From Eledone cirrhosa (Eukaryota): a stretch of DNA of 64,000 bases. Shown in pieces: positions 23,215 through 37,045 of this stretch. The first letter of the stretch is position 1, and the number at the start of each line of letters is the position of its first letter. Under the pieces are notes generated by a model that saw nothing but the letters and a program-made list of their open reading frames with translations, had not been told where the DNA came from and searched no databases. Location of the stretch: NCBI GenBank assembly GCA_964016885.1, contig OZ024757.1:33790001-33854000 (forward strand). Reading direction: 5' to 3'. A program made the position numbers and the translations under genes.

Positions 23215-25682
23215 ATATATATCATGGACAGCATCTACATACATTGAGTATTAACACACAAGTACGTCAATACTTATCTTTTTCCATGTCTTAGAGGGTT
23301 CTAAACCCCACTATCAGGCTAAAATTTCTTTAGTAAAAAAAATATGGCGAAACCTTTTATTTCTAATTATATTAAATACAAAGCGAAACCTACAGTTAGT
23401 AGGCACCACTTAACCAAAATACACCCCCGTCCCACTACCCCTACCACCATCTACACCACCCATTTCGATATAAAGCTATGTTGGTACCACAACATCCAGT
23501 CCTAAATAAATGAGGTCGTGTAGGTGTCACGACAAAAAAACACACACTCCACGCTGTAATGTGGCCATGTAGGTAATACGGTAAAAACCTCCCAGTCCCA
23601 CACTGTAAACGTGGTTGGTGTTAGGAAGGGCATCCAGCCGTAGAAAACCCGCCAGACAGTCCTGAGCAAGACAACCAATCTTGCCTCAAGTGGGACAATT
23701 CCCGTCCAGACCCATGCTAGCATGGAATATGGACGTTAAACGATGATGATGATATATATATATATATAACAAATATCATCCGCACCCTGTATATATATAC
23801 ATACATACATATATATATACATACACACACACATATATATATATACACACACACACACATATATATATACACACACATATATATATATATATACACACAT
23901 ACATATATATATATAGGCAAGAGAGAGAGGTGGGGTGGCAGGGAGAGATTCTGGGTGTTGTAAAGTGATATGCCTCCAGTTAAACTAAAGAACCTCTGGG
24001 GATGTTAATGAAGACATAAACACAATTTAAAGTAACATCATGAGATGGTAGAAGTGGGTATTGACTTGGTGGGGTGGGGTGGAGGGTAGGGGTGGGTGGA
24101 GGGGAGTATTGACTGGGTGGAGGGGTGGAGGAGTGTATGGATGGGTGGAAGAGAGTATTGACTGGCTGGTGGGGTGGAGGAGAGTAAGGATGGGTGGAGG
24201 GGTGGAGGTGGATACGGGTGGGTGGTGGAGGAGGATATGGGTGGGTGGTGGAGGGGTGGAGCAGAGTAAGGATGGTTGAAGGGGTGGAGGAGACTATGGA
24301 TGGGTTAAGGAGGATATGGATGGCTTAATGAGGATATGGATGGGTAAGGAGGGTGGAGAGAGTGGACAGTTATTTTTTCCTTTATAATGTGATTTAGAGA
24401 GAATATTTAATTTTCAAAAAAACTTTTGATTTTTTCAATACACAGACAGACAGACAGAAACACACACTCACATACACTTATATATGTAAAATTAACCAAC
24501 TGTGATTGCGACTAAAAGCAGCCAAAATGGTATAACGTTAGTTGATAAAGTGTGTAACTCGGAGATCAGAGAGTCACTCCAGGTAGAGCTGCTACTTCTC
24601 CAAATTGTGAGATCACAGCTCCGATACTATGGACATGTGGTTAGAATGTCTCAGGAAAGAATATGTAGCTCAGAGATCAGAGAGTCACTCCAGGTAGAGC
24701 TGCTACTTCTCCGAATTGAGAGATCACAGCTCTGATACTATGGACATGTGGTTAGAATGTCTCAGGAAAGAATCACTGGACAGATTTTACAGGCGAAACC
24801 AACCAGTATCAGATCTCTCAATTCGGAGAAGTAGCAGCTCTACCTGGAGTGACTCTCTGATCTCTGAGCTACATATTCTTTCCTGAGACATTCTAACCAC
24901 ATGCCCATAGTATCGGAGCTGTGATCTCTCAATTCGGAGAAGTAGCAGCTCTACCTGGAGTGACTCTCTGATCTCCGAGTTACACACTTTATCAACTAAC
25001 GTTATACCATTTTGGCTGCTTTTAGTCGCGATCACAGTTGGTTAATTTTACATATATATGTGTATGTGAGTGTGTGTTTCTGTCTGTCTGTCTGTGTATT
25101 GAAAAAATCAAAAGTTTTTTTGAAAATTAAATCTTCTCTCTAAATCACATTATAAAGGAAAAAATAACTGTCCACTCTCTCCACCCTCCTTACCCATCCA
25201 TATCCTCATTAAGCCATCCATATCCTCCTTAACCCATCCATAGTCTCCTCCACCCCTTCAACCATCCTTACTCTGCTCCACCCCTCCTCCACCACCCACC
25301 CATATCCTCCTCCACCACCCACCCGTATCCACCTCCACCCCTCCACCCATCCATACTCTCCTCCACCCCACCAGCCAGTCAATACTCTCTTCCACCCATC
25401 CATACACTCCTCCACCCCTCCACCCAGTCAATACTCCCCTCCACCCACCCCTACCCCCCACCCCACCCCACCAAGTCAATACCCACTTCTACCATCTCAT
25501 GATGTTACTTTAAATTGTGTTTATGTCTTCATTAACATCCCCAGAGGTTCTTTAGTTTAACTGGAGGCATATCACTTTACAACACCCAGAATCTCTCCCT
25601 GCCACCCCACCTCTCTCTCTTGCATATATATATGTATGTGTGTATATATATGTATGTGTGTATATATATATATATGTGTGTG

Positions 25683-25777
<95 letters not shown>

Positions 25778-26458
25778 GGTGCGGACGATATTTGTTATAT
25801 ATCATCATCATCATCAGGTTTAGCGTCCGTGTTCCACGCTTGCATGGGTTTGGACGGGGATTTTCCCACTTGAGGCAAGAGTGGTTGTCTTGCTCGCATA
25901 GGACTGACTGTCTATATATATATCATCATCATCGTTTAACGTCCATCTTCCACGCTAGCATGGGTCTGGATGAGAATTATCCCACTTGAGGCAAGATTGG
26001 TTGTCTTGCTCAGGACTGTCTGGCAGGTTTTCTACGACTGGATACCCTTCCTAACACCAACCACATTTACAGTGAGGACTGGGAGGTTTTTAACGTGTTA
26101 CCTACACGACCACATTACAGCGTGGACTGTGTTTTTTTTGTCGTGACACCTACACGACCTCATTTATTTAGGACTGGATGTTGTGGTACCAACATAGCTT
26201 TATATTGAAATGGGTGGTGTAGATGGTGGTAGGGGTAGTGGGACGGGGTGTATTTTGGTTAAGTGGTGCCTACTGACTGTAGGTTTCGCTTTGTACTTAA
26301 TATAATTAGAAATAGAAGCTTTCGCCATATTTTCTTTACTAAAGAAATTTTAGCCTGATAGTGGGGTTTAGAACCCTCTAAGACATGGAAAAAGATAAGT
26401 ATTGACGTACTTGTATGTTAATACTCAATGTATGTAGATGCTGTCCATGATATATATA
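23215..26458. repeat. Long palindrome 1 (~1.55-kb arms, ~65-bp spacer near 24740-24806)
   Basis: tatcatggacagcatctacatacattgag at 23220 mirrors ctcaatgtatgtagatgctgtccatgata at ~26450; mirror ORFs 24502+/24787- and 24061+/25258-. Confidence 0.95.
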
Positions 26459-27267
26459 TTATGTGAGGTAAAGCCTTTACTGTGATAATACAATAGTTAA
26501 TATAGAGTAATGTAGATGCTAGAGGATTAAAGTGTTGGTATTTATTTGAAAGCCTTCTATCATAATTGTATGTAAGAATCTTTGTTATGTTCTAAACAAC
26601 AACTTGATAATGAGAAAGCTAGTTATATTATTTAACCCTTTAGCATTTAAACCAGCTGTATCTGGCCAGAATTCTTTCACCTCTTTCTGTTTTAACCAGC
26701 CATAATTGGCCGCTCGTACCAATGTTAAGGTACTGTTCTCAAAATAAATAACATCAAAATCTTGTAGCTTTGGTATTATGTGAGATAATTATGTTAGATA
26801 AAGTGTTTACTGTGAAAATACATTAATAAATATAGAGTACTCAGACTCAGTTTCTCTCTCAACACATCTATGCTCGGTCGTTCACGCACATTGACATTGA
26901 TCATCCAACGGAGCATGCTTGCCTCATTTTCCTCCACCCGTTGCATATCCTCTGCAGTTGCTGCCCATGTCTCGCTACCATGCAGCATCGCGCACCTCAC
27001 ACAGGCATCATATAACCGGCCTCTCGTACGCAGGGAGAAACCCTTCTTCATCAACAGAGGAAGCAGCTCCCTAAACTTCTTCTAACCCATCCTTATTCTA
27101 GATACTATGGCCTCGGAATACCCGCCTCCCATGCTAATCTGATCACCTAAGTACCGGAAGCTATCAACCACTTCTATAGCACCCACCTGCATTGGAAAAA
27201 TGTGTCTATCAATGCGACTTCTACTGTAGCTGTGTAAAATATGTGTGGCAGTCAACAGGTTAAAAAC

Positions 27268-27313
27268 CTGGCAGTCCATCTCCTCTCCAGGTGTGAATAC
27301 AGTAGATTTCTTC
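27268..27313 (-). CDS. Candidate 46-nt bridging exon (RKKSTVFTPGEEMDCQ)
   Basis: Long pyrimidine tract plus aag acceptor; phase 2 to 0 would link the 59537 exon to the alternative AG at 18859-18860. The donor (gttttt) is weak. Confidence 0.2.
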
Positions 27314-28459
27314 CTTAGAACAATAGAGAGTGTGAGAAAGGAAGTGAAAAGAGATATAGAGGAAGAATCGACCCCAGTATTTGACTGGTACTTTTTTATC
27401 ATTTTCGAATTCATGAAAAACAAAGTTGACCTCGAAAACACATCTACTAAATGTTTATTATAATAAACTACTGCTACTGCTATTACTACTACTAATATTA
27501 TTACTACTGGTGATACTATTGGTGAATACTACTACAGAGATAGAGAAAGAGAGTAGTACAGAGGGAAATTAAGAGCAAGAGAGAGAGAGTGATGGAAAGA
27601 TAAAGAGATAGAGAGAGAAAGAGTGATAGAAAGTGAGAGAGAGTGATAGAAAGTGAGAGTGATAGAAAAAAAGAGAGTAAATCCCCCCCCCCCCCCCCCC
27701 CGGTTCTTTGATCATAAACCATGACCAATGAGATAACAAGAAAATGATGTGGTTTTGGAATTCCAGGTTAGGCACCTCACTAACTCCTCATTCTTCCATT
27801 GTAACACTCCACCACACCACTACCACACTACAACACCACCACTACACCACCATTGTAACACACCACCACCATACAACAATCCACCATACCACCACCACAC
27901 CACCACCATTGTAACACTCCACCACACCACCACACTACAACACTCCACCATACCAACACCACCATTGTAACACTCCACCACACCACCACCACACTACAAC
28001 ACTCCACCATACCAACACCACACCACCACCACTCCACTACAACACTCCACTACAACACTCCACCACACCAACATCACCCCACTACAAAACTACACCCCTA
28101 TATATATATATATACATGTGTATATATATATATTTTTCTATTTACGTCCAATTTTCCCTGCTTGCAAGGGTGGGACGGGAACTGATTCTGGCTTGATTTC
28201 TACAGCTGGATGCCCTTCCTAACACCAACCTCATTTACAGTGAGTGCTGGGTGCTTTTTTGCCATGGCACCTCCACGACCACTTTACAGTGGAATGATAG
28301 GGACCCCAGTCCTATCATCTCATTTCTACAGCTGAGTAAACTGGATCAACGTGAAATAAAGTGTCTTGCTCAAGGAAACAACACATCACCCGGTCTGTGA
28401 ATTGAACTCACAACCTTTCGATTGCAAGGCCAATGCTCTAACCACTAAACCATGTGCCT

Positions 28460-28507
<48 letters not shown>

Positions 28508-28582
28508 GTGTATATATATATCATGGACAGCATCTACATCATCATCATCATCATCATTTCATCATGATCATGAATGAATGAT

Positions 28583-31500
28583 GATATATATATCATGGAC
28601 AGCATCTACATACATTGAGTATTAACATACAAGTACGTCAATACTTATCTTTTTCCATGTCTTAGAGGGTTCTAAACCCCACTATCAGGTTAAAATTTCT
28701 TTAGTAAAAAAAATATGGCGAAAGCTTTTATTTCTAATTATATTAAGTACAAAGCGAAACCTACAGTTAGTGGGCACCTCTTAACCAAAATACACCCCCG
28801 TCCCACTACCCCTACCACCATCTACACCACCCATTTCAATATAAAGCTATGTTGGTACCACAACATCCAGTCCTAAATAAATGAGGTCGTGTAGGTGTCA
28901 CGACAAAAAAAACACAGTCCACGCTGTAATGTGGCCATGTAGGTAATACGGTAAAAACCTCCCAGTCCCACACTGTAAACGTGGTTGGTGTTAGGAAGGG
29001 CATCCAGCCGTAGAAAACCTGCCAGACAGTCCTGAGCAAGACAACCAATCTTGCCTCAAGTGGGACAATTCCCGTCCAGACCCATGCTAGCGTGGAAGAT
29101 GGACGTTAAACGATGATGATGATATGTATATATACATATATATATATAACAAATATCGTCCGCTCCCTGTATATATATACATACACACATATATATATAC
29201 ATACACACACACACATATATATATATACACACATATATATATATATATACACACACATATATATACATATACACACACATATATATACACACATACATAT
29301 GTATATATACACACACATATATATACACACATACATATATATACATATACACACATACATATATATATGCAAGAGAGAGAGGTGGGGTGGCAGGGAGAGA
29401 TTCTGGGTGTTGTAAAGTGATATGCCTCCAGTTAAACTAAAGAACCTCTGGGGATGTTAATGAAGACATAAACACAATTTAAAGTAACATCATGAGATGG
29501 TAGAAGTGGGTATTGACTTGGTGGGGTGGGCTGGAGGGTAGGGGTGGGTGGAGGGGAGTATTGACTGGGTGGAGGGGTGGAGGAGTGTATGGATGGGTGG
29601 AAGAGAGTATTGACTGGCTGGTGGGGTGGAGGAGAGTAAGGATGGGTGGAGGGGTGGAGGTGGATACGGGTGGGTGGTGGAGGAGGATATGGGTGGGTGG
29701 TGGAGGGGTGGAGCAGAGTAAGGATGGTTGAAGGAGACTATGGATGGGTTAAGGAGGATATGGATGGCTTAATGAGGATATGGATGGGTAAGGAGGGTGG
29801 AGAGAGTGGACAGTTATTTTTTCCTTTATAATGTGATTTAGAGAGAATTATTTAATTTTCAAAAAAACTTTTGATTTTTTCAATACACAGACAGACAGAC
29901 AGACAGAAACACACACACTCACATACACATATATATGTAAAATTAACCAACTGTGATCGCGACTAAAAGCAGCCAAAATGGTATAACGTTAGTTGATAAA
30001 GTGTGTAACTCGGAGATCAGAGAGTCAATCCAAGTAGAGCTGCTACTTCTCCGAATTGAGAGATCACAGCTCCGATACTATGGACATGTGGTTAGAATGT
30101 CTCAGGAAAGAATATGTAGCTCAGAGATCAGAGAGTCACTCCAGGTAGAGCTGCTACTTCTCCGAATTGAGAGATCACAGCTCTGATACTATGGACATGT
30201 GGTTAGAATGTCTCAGGAAAGAATATGTAGCTCAGAGATCAGAGAGTCACTCCAGGTAGAGCTGCTACTTCTCCGAATTGAGAGATCACAGCTCTGATAC
30301 TATGGACATGTGGTTAGAATGTCTCAGGAAAGAATATGTAGCTCAGAGATCAGAGAGTCACTCCAGGTAGAGCTGCTACTTCTCCGAATTGAGAGATCAC
30401 AGCTCTGATACTATGGACATGTGGTTAGAATGTCTCAGGAAAGAATCACTGGACAGATTTTACAGGTGAAACCAACCGGTATCAGATCTCTCAATTCGGA
30501 GAAGTAGCAGCTCTACCTGGAGTGACTCTCTGATCTCTGAATTACATATTCTTTCCTGAGACATTCTAACCACATGTCCATAGTATCAGAGCTGTGATCT
30601 CTCAATTCGGAGAAGTAGCAGCTCTACCTGGAGTGACTCTCTGATCTCTGAGCTACATATTCTTTCCTGAGACATTCTAACCACATGTCCATAGTATCAG
30701 AGCTGTGATCTCTCAATTCGGAGAAGTAGCAGCTCTACCTGGAGTGACTCTCTGATCTCTGAGCTACATATTCTTTCCTGAGACATTCTAACCACATGTC
30801 CATAGTATCAGAGCTGTGATCTCTCAATTCGGAGAAGTAGCAGCTCTACCTGGAGTGACTCTCTGATCTCTGAGCTACATATTCTTTCCTGAGACATTCT
30901 AACCACATGCCCATAGTATCGGAGCTGTGATCTCTCAATTCGGAGAAGTAGCAGCTCTACCTGGAGTGACTCACTGATCTCCGAGTTACACACTTTATCA
31001 ACTAACGTTATACCATTTTGGCTGATTTTAGTCGCAATCACAGTTGGTTAATTTTACATATATAAGTGTATGTGAGTGTGTTTCTCTCTGTCTGTCTGTG
31101 TATTGAAAAAATCAAAAGTTTTTTTGAAAATTAAATCTTCTCTCTAAATCACATTATAAAGGAAAAAATAACTGTCCACTCTCTCCACCCTCCTTACCCA
31201 TCCATATCCTCATTAAGCCATCCATATCCTCCTTAACCCATCCATAGTCTCCTCCACCCCTTCAACCATCCTTACTCTGCTCCACCCCTCCACCACCCAC
31301 CCATATCCTCCTCCACCACCCACCCGTATCCACCTCCACCCCTCCACCCATCCATACTCTCCTCCACCCCACCAGCCAGTCAATACTCTCTTCCACCCAT
31401 CCATACACTCCTCCACCCCTCCACCCAGTCAATACTCCCCTCCACCCCACCCCACCAAGTCAATACCCACTTCTACCATCTCATGATGTTACTTTAAATT

Positions 31501-31734
31501 GTGTTTATGTCTTCATTAACATCCCCAGAGGTTCTTTAGTTTAACTGGAGGCATATCACTTTACAACACCCAGAATCTCTCCCTGCCACCCCACCTCTCT
31601 CTCTTGCATATATATATGTATGTGTGTATATGTATATATATGTATGTGTGTATATATATGTGTGTGTATATATACATATGTATGTGTGTATATATATGTG
31701 TGTGTATATATACATATGTATGTGTGTATATATA

Positions 31735-31777
<43 letters not shown>

Positions 31778-32415
31778 ATATATATATGTGTGTGTGTGTA
31801 TGTATATATATATGTGTGTATGTATATATATACAGGGTGCGGACGATATTTGTTATATATATATGTATATATACATATCATCATCATCGTTTAACGTCCA
31901 TATTCCACGCTAGCATGGGTCTGGACGGGAATTGTCCCACTTGAGGCATGATTGGTTGTCTTGCTCAGGACTGTCTGGCAGGTTTTCTACGGCTGGATGC
32001 CCTTCCTAACACCAACCACATTTACAGTGTGGGACTGGGAGGTTTTTAACGTGTTACCTACACGGCCACATTACAGCGTGGACTGTGTGTTTTTTTTGTC
32101 GTGACACCTACACGACCTCATTTATTTAGGACTGGATGTTGTGGTACCAACATAGCTTTATATTGAAATGGGTGGTGTAGATGGTGGTAGGGGTAGTGGG
32201 ACGGGGTGTATTTTGGTTAAGTGGTGCCTACTGACTGTAGGTTTCGCTTTGTACTTAATATAATTAGAAATAGAAGCTTTCGCCATATTTTTTTTACTAA
32301 AGAAATTTTAGCCTGATAGTGGGGTTTAGAACCCTCTAAGACATGGAAAAAGATAAGTATTGACGTACTTGTATGTTAATACTCAATGTATGTAGATGCT
32401 GTCCATGATATATAT
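28583..32415. repeat. Long palindrome 2 (~1.9-kb arms, spacer near 30415-30478)
   Basis: Same arms and same central spacer (gaatcactggacagattttacagg) as palindrome 1; mirror ORFs 29953+/30808-. Confidence 0.95.
30009..30985. repeat. 111-bp tandem repeat of an RTE fragment, 4 copies (+) facing 4.5 copies (-)
   Basis: ctcagagatcagagagtc at 30120, 30231, 30342; the unit encodes SEIRESLQVELLLLRIERSQLRYYGHVVRMSQER (RTE C-terminal motif). Confidence 0.93.
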
Positions 32416-32799
32416 ATTATGTGAGGTAAAGCCTTTACTGTGATAATACAATAGTTAATATAGAGTAATGTAGATGCTAGAGGATTAAAGTGTTGTTATT
32501 TATTTGAAAGCCTTCTATCATAATTGTATGTAAGAATCTTTGTTATGTTCTAAACAACAACTTGATAATGAGAAAGCTAGTTATATTATTTAACCCTTTA
32601 GCATTTAAACCAGCTGTATCTGGCCAGAATTCTCTCACCTCTCTCTGTTTTAACCAGCCATAATTGACCGCTCGTACCAATGTTAAGGTACTGTTCTCAA
32701 AATAAATAACATCAAAATCTTGTAGCTTTGGTATTATGTGAGATAATTATGTTAGATAAAGTGTTTACTGTGAAAATACATTAGTAAATATAGAGTAAT

Positions 32800-33550
32800 C
32801 ATCATCATCATTTTACGTCCGCTTTTCCCTGTTTGCAAGGGTGGGATGGGTCCTATTCAGCACAGCATCTCTCCACTTGTCACCGTCCTTCATCATCTCT
32901 ACCGTGAGCTTCAGCAATCTGAGGTCTGCTCTCACCACCTCCGCCCATGTTTTTCGTGGTCTTCCTCTACTACGTTTTCCCTTCCTTCAACTGGCATTTC
33001 TTGGCACTTCTTCACCCATCGGTCATCCTCCATGCGCATCACATGTCCATACCATCGCAGTCTCCTCTCCCGCACACTACAATTTATCCCTCTCAGACTC
33101 AGTTTCTCTCTCAACACATCTATGCTCGGTCATTCATGCACATTGACATTGATCATCCAACGGAGCATGCTTGCCTCATTTTCCTCCACCCGTTGCATAT
33201 CCTCTGCAGTTGCTGCCCATGTCTCGCTACCATGCAGCATCGCGCACCTCACACAGGCATCATATAACCAGCCTCTCGTACGCAGGGAGAAACCCTTCTT
33301 CATCAGCAGAGGAAGCAGCTCCCTAAACTTCTTCTAACCCATCCTTATTCTAGATACTATGGCCTCGGAACACCCCCCTCCCATGCTAATCTGATCACCT
33401 AAGTACCAGAAGCTATCAACCACTTCTATAGCACCCACCTGCATTGGAAAAATGTGTCTATCAATGCGACTTCTACTGTCAAATTTCTACATCTACATCT
33501 ACTGCAAACGTATTTCTCCCTACCTGTTAGTTTGCCTGCTATCCCACTAC
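32800..33550 (-). mobile_element. 5'-truncated RTE LINE inserted in a TTAA MITE, with AGTAAT target-site duplication
   Basis: agtaat at 32794-32799 and 33551-33556; the MITE resumes with gtaaatgctaaaaggttaa; RTE motifs RLRWYGHVMRM and LHGSETW. Confidence 0.88.
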
Positions 33551-35589
33551 AGTAATGTAAATGCTAAAAGGTTAACTTTTTCATTATTAAGTTGGTGTTT
33601 GGAACATAACTCTTATTACCATATTTCATGAGAAATATGGTAATAAAAGAGTTTTGTTGTAAACACCAGCTTAATAATGAGAAAGTTATATTCTAAATCC
33701 TTCTAAATTTTTGATTATTTTCAAAAGGGATTGAAAATCATAGGCAGTGTTTTTCTAAAGAAATATGGTAACTAAAGGGTTAAATTAAGTCAAAGCACTC
33801 CACATTTCTGCTCGCCCACCGTGTTTTTTCTTTGCTACAAGGGCCCAAGACTTTGGGGACTGTACAAAGGTGAAATACAAATGAGAAAAGCAACAGTTGG
33901 TGTGGTGGTGGAGGGTGCAGACATGTTGAATCTAGTTAAAATAGTGGGAAGGAATGATCTAGAAAACAATAAAGACACTTAAGCTAGTTTCTTGGGAAAA
34001 AACTTTTAAGCTTGACAAGGGGCTGCGTTAAGGAACCAAACAGGAAGCAGCCCCTACAACCTTCCCCTTCTTGTCGCCGCCGCCACCACCACCACCACTA
34101 CTACCATAACCATCATCACATCCCACAGCCTTTCCTCCACCTCCCCTTCCTCATCCCACCACCCACTGTCACATCCTTGGTCACAGTATGCCACCCAGTT
34201 TCTACAAGTAACTGTAGATGAACACTTTACTATGTGTTCTGCGATAAAATATGGGACAGAAAAAACATGATAAGGAAAACGAAGAAAGAAGGAATGAAAC
34301 AAAGAATGAGAGAAAAACAAATAAAGAAAAATATAGAAATTTCTTCTCCCAGAAATGCAATTTCATGATAATATGAAACTCGCGTGAGATACCATATGCT
34401 GGAATATAAAACAAACTAGTTGGTACTTATAACATGAACATGCATCAAAATGCACATGTTGCATTCACACACAGACTCATCACACGCTTACATGCATATG
34501 TGAATATACTATATGCATATTACATTCATATAGATATATATGCATATATACATATATGTGTGTGTGTACATATATACATATATGTACATGTGTGTGTGTC
34601 TAGATATATATTTACATATAAATATACATATGTGTGTGTGTATATATATGTGTGTGTGTATATATATATGTGTGTGTGTGTGTGTGTACATATATACATA
34701 TATGTACATGTGTGTGTGTCTAGATATATATTTACATATAAATATACATATGTGTGTGTGTATATATATATATGTATGTGTGTATATATATATGTGTGTG
34801 TGTGTGTGTACATATATACATATATGTACATGTGTGTGTGTCTAGATATATATTTACATATAAATATACATATGTGTGTGTGTGTGTGTGTACATATATA
34901 CATATATGTACATGTGTGTGTGTCTAGATATATATTTACATATAAATATACATATGTGTGTGTGTGTGTGTGTGTGTACATATATACATATATGTACATG
35001 TGTGTGTGTCTAGATATATACTTGCATATAAATATACATATGTGTATATATATGTGTGTGCGTGTGTATATAAATATATATATATATATACCCTTGCATG
35101 GGTTGGATGGGTCCTTCTCAGCATGGCATCTCTCCACTCATCGTGTTCCTTCATCATATTCTCTGCGGTTTCCGATGATGTTGATCAGTTCTTTTCAGGT
35201 AATGTTTTCGATGCTCAGAGAGTGGGATTGGTCGAGTGCAAGGCCTTTCCCCACTTAAAAAGTCTTCAAAGAACAGGCATTGCTTGGTCAGGATATGTTA
35301 CAGGTTTGAGTGACTGGCCGTAGCCTAAAAGTGCACCAAACTCTATAATCTGACGGTCGATTGCAATACTCCTAGTAGAGTTTGCAGCCATCATGCAAAA
35401 TGATATATATATATATATATCATATATATATCCGAGAGCTTCCAACAGACATGGTCACATTCTTTTAAGGGTTGTTTATAAAACTGATCTATATTATATT
35501 TTATCTGATGAAAGCGCACCATAATTTGCTTTGGTGTCCTTGAAATATGTATAATGAAATAAATATAGTTTCCATTTATTAATATATTG

Positions 35590-35657
<68 letters not shown>

Positions 35658-35937
35658 GTGGAGGCATGTGGCCTAGTGGTAAGGATGTTGGACTTACAAT
35701 CATAATGTTGTGGGTTCGATTCCTGGGTTGTGTGTTGTGTTCTTGAGCAAAACACTTCATTTCACGTTGTTCCAGTATACTCAGTTGAAAAGGAGTACCA
35801 GCAATAGCTGGGGGTTTAACCCTGTGATGGACTGGGATCCTGTGCAGGGGGGTGAGGGGGCAATCTTGTACTCTCATTCGCTTCACGCCATAAAACCAGG
35901 ATAAGCACCGGCCAAATGAGCCTTCTGAGACTTTTAG

Positions 35938-35985
<48 letters not shown>

Positions 35986-36679
35986 CTATATATATATTTG
36001 TATGAATGTATATATATATTTATATGTATGTATATATATATTTATATATGTATGTATGTATATATATATTTATATATTTATATTTATATGTATATGTATG
36101 TATATATATATTTATATGTATGTATATATATATTTATATGTATATGTATGTATGTATATATATATATGTATATGTATGTATATGTATATTTATATGTATA
36201 TATATTTGTATATATATATATATATTTGTATGTATATGTATGTATATGTATATTTATATGTATATATATTTGTATATATATATATATATTTGTATATATA
36301 TATATGTATATATATATATTCATATGTATATCATTTTCTATATATATATATATATATACACACACACATACAAAATGATATAATACTGATGTCATTGCTT
36401 TATGATATACAATTTATACAAGTTGTCAACAGCTGATATTTCGACAAAATATATGCCATACTCGTAGCTTGGAAAAACAAAACAATTAAACCACAAATAA
36501 CTAGTAAAGGATGAAGTTAATTATAAAAGGAAATTGGCTCTAATTCTGCCGGTTCTAAGCATGGCGCCTATACTTCAGCTTTCGCGACACCAAAATATGT
36601 AAACAGTCTTTTATTCCAAATTTCTTCAAAAGTCAAACAGTACAAACTGTTATGTATGAAGTCTACATCTGTTCTGAAG

Positions 36680-37005
36680 ATTTCTCTCTCTTTCTCTCTC
36701 TCATTTCCTCTCTCTCTCTTCCTCTCTCTTCCTCTCTCTCATTTCCTCTCTCTCTCTTCCTCTCTCTCATTTCCTCTCTCTCTCTTCCTCTCTCTCATTT
36801 CCTCTCTCTCTCTTCCTCTCTCTCATTTCCTCTCTCTCTCTTCCTCTCTCTCTTCCTCTCTCTCATTTCCTCTCTCTCATTTCCTCTCTCTCTCTTCCTC
36901 TCTCTCTCTCCCTCTCCCTCTCTCTCTCTCTATCCCCCTCTATCCCCCCCCTATTACCCCTCCCTCTCTACCCCCCCCTCTCCCCTCTACCCCCCCCCCC
37001 TCTCT
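36680..37005. repeat. CT-rich minisatellite / polypyrimidine tract
   Basis: Unit ~tcatttcctctctctctcttcctctctc repeated. Confidence 0.9.
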
Positions 37006-37045
37006 CAAACACTACTGAGATGTGCCCAGAGTTGGCATCTGGTTA

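Larger units (their letters stand above)
20681..27228 (+). repeat. Segmental duplication, copy 1 (derived)
   Basis: Colinear with 28010-33479: CAC tract, SINE, palindrome, TTAA MITE and RTE fragment, both ending at caatgcgacttctactgt. Confidence 0.9.
28010..33479 (+). repeat. Segmental duplication, copy 2 (source)
   Basis: Same order of elements; lacks the 2-kb RTE insertion and keeps ~295 bp deleted from copy 1 at ~26840. Confidence 0.9.

Noticed and set aside
24502-25035. Mirror 77-82 aa ORFs (also 29953, 30808) as small genes
   Set aside because: They are RTE C-terminal fragments duplicated by the 111-bp repeat and the palindrome.
20681-33479. Duplication as a pure haplotype mis-join
   Set aside because: Not excluded, but the split MITE, junction microhomology and unique spacer favour a real event.
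34200-34330. Strong minus-strand pyrimidine tract plus CAG at ~34240 as another exon
   Set aside because: No convincing donor or receptor-like peptide follows; an 8-nt microexon is possible but unsupported.
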